This document shows positions 63,637 through 64,000 of a stretch of 64,000 nt of DNA, one piece after another. The first letter of the stretch is position 1, and each line of letters starts with the position of its first letter. The DNA lies in assembly GCA_963737905.1 (NCBI GenBank), contig CAVTUQ010000019.1, positions 136,837 to 200,836 on the forward strand. Reading direction: 5' to 3'. A program made the translations under genes and the position numbers. Source of the stretch: an uncultured delta proteobacterium (GTDB lineage Bacteria; Desulfobacterota; Binatia; UBA9968). The notes beneath the pieces are model-generated. The model did no database searches. It worked only from the letters and a program-made list of their open reading frames with translations, and was not told where the DNA came from.

Positions 63637-64000
63637 CTAGAGGTCCTTCTCTGCCAGGAGCTGCTTGATAAGCGCTTCAGTTTTCTCATAGGCGCCCTCG
63701 CCGACATGGCCGTACCGGATAATACCTTTTTTGTCGATCAAAATCGTTGTCGGCCACGCCCAGATCCCGTAACGCTTCCAAATATCGAAGCCGTTGTCCT
63801 GTACGACCGGGTAGCGGATCCCCAGTTGCTCTGTTGCCGTTTTCACCTTGTTCAGGGGTTTCTCCCAGAAAAATTCAGGCGAGTGGACTCCTACAATTGT
63901 AAAACCTTGCTTTTCGTACTTGTCGTACCAGCCCCGCAACTGCGGGACAACGTTTTTGCAGTTAATTCAGCCGTAAGTCCAGAATTCGACCAGAACAACA
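63637..64000 (-). CDS. thioredoxin-fold redoxin (TlpA/ResA-like), probable selenoprotein with UxxC active site; N-terminus outside window
   Basis: The frame reads VVLVEFWTYG-TGA-INCKNVVPQLRGWYDKYEKQGFTIVGVHSPEF...WPTTILIDKKGIIRY. The in-frame TGA (63967-63969) occupies the first Cys of the FW..WCxxC motif. Confidence 0.65.
63931..63948 (-). promoter_or_regulatory. SECIS-like hairpin downstream of the in-frame UGA
   Basis: The RNA reads GUCCCGC-AGUU-GCGGGGC (7-bp stem including one G:U, 4-nt loop containing GU). The stem starts 18 nt after the UGA. Confidence 0.5.

Overview
A 64 kb chromosomal segment, roughly 55-58% GC by eye, from a diderm (Gram-negative-type) environmental bacterium. The diderm call rests on OmpA-like lipoproteins, an OprB porin, MlaC and lipobox signal peptides. 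I cannot assign the taxon from sequence alone. I saw no rRNA, tRNA or CRISPR array.

Gene content by block:
1. 0-9.6 kb: three NMT1-type and one family-1 periplasmic solute-binding proteins with no ABC permease or ATPase, mixed with two amidohydrolases, an RmlD-like reductase, an EamA transporter and a cupin.
2. 9.8-15.4 kb: a lipid-linked-sugar module with an SDR epimerase, a HAD-UbiA fusion, a methyltransferase and a GT-C/TPR transferase. The last two each carry one frameshift.
3. 16-19 kb: an OmpA lipoprotein with a poly-proline linker, and a glycerate kinase.
4. 19-43 kb: a large alpha-glucan locus holding both the classical pathway (glgB-glgA-glgC plus GH57) and the GlgE pathway (glgE-treS/pep2-malQ-glgX). 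A PAS histidine kinase, a receiver protein, a sigma-54 activator and a small stress cluster (M48 peptidase, SOD, DUF3309, CsbD) sit between them.
5. 43-56 kb: a CdaA-YbbR fused diadenylate cyclase, an OprB porin, BON, a Lpp-like/OmpA lipoprotein, MlaC, GlcG, MFS, asnS, MscS and a Tat-signal MsrB.
6. 56.0-61.9 kb: the accessory region and the most interesting part. Five attC-like imperfect hairpin sites with canonical inverse-core/core ends delimit same-strand units, as in an integron cassette array with no IntI in view. The units hold an IS91-family transposase plus tyrosine recombinase, an alpha/beta hydrolase, a decayed methyltransferase, a TIR-wHTH protein (candidate single-gene defence cassette) and a chimeric O-methyltransferase::sigma-54-activator pseudogene.
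7. 61.9-64 kb: msrQP and a thioredoxin-fold redoxin. Its first active-site Cys codon is an in-frame TGA followed by a SECIS-like hairpin, so it is probably a UxxC selenoprotein.

Several otherwise intact genes carry single frameshifts. These may be assembly indels rather than biology.
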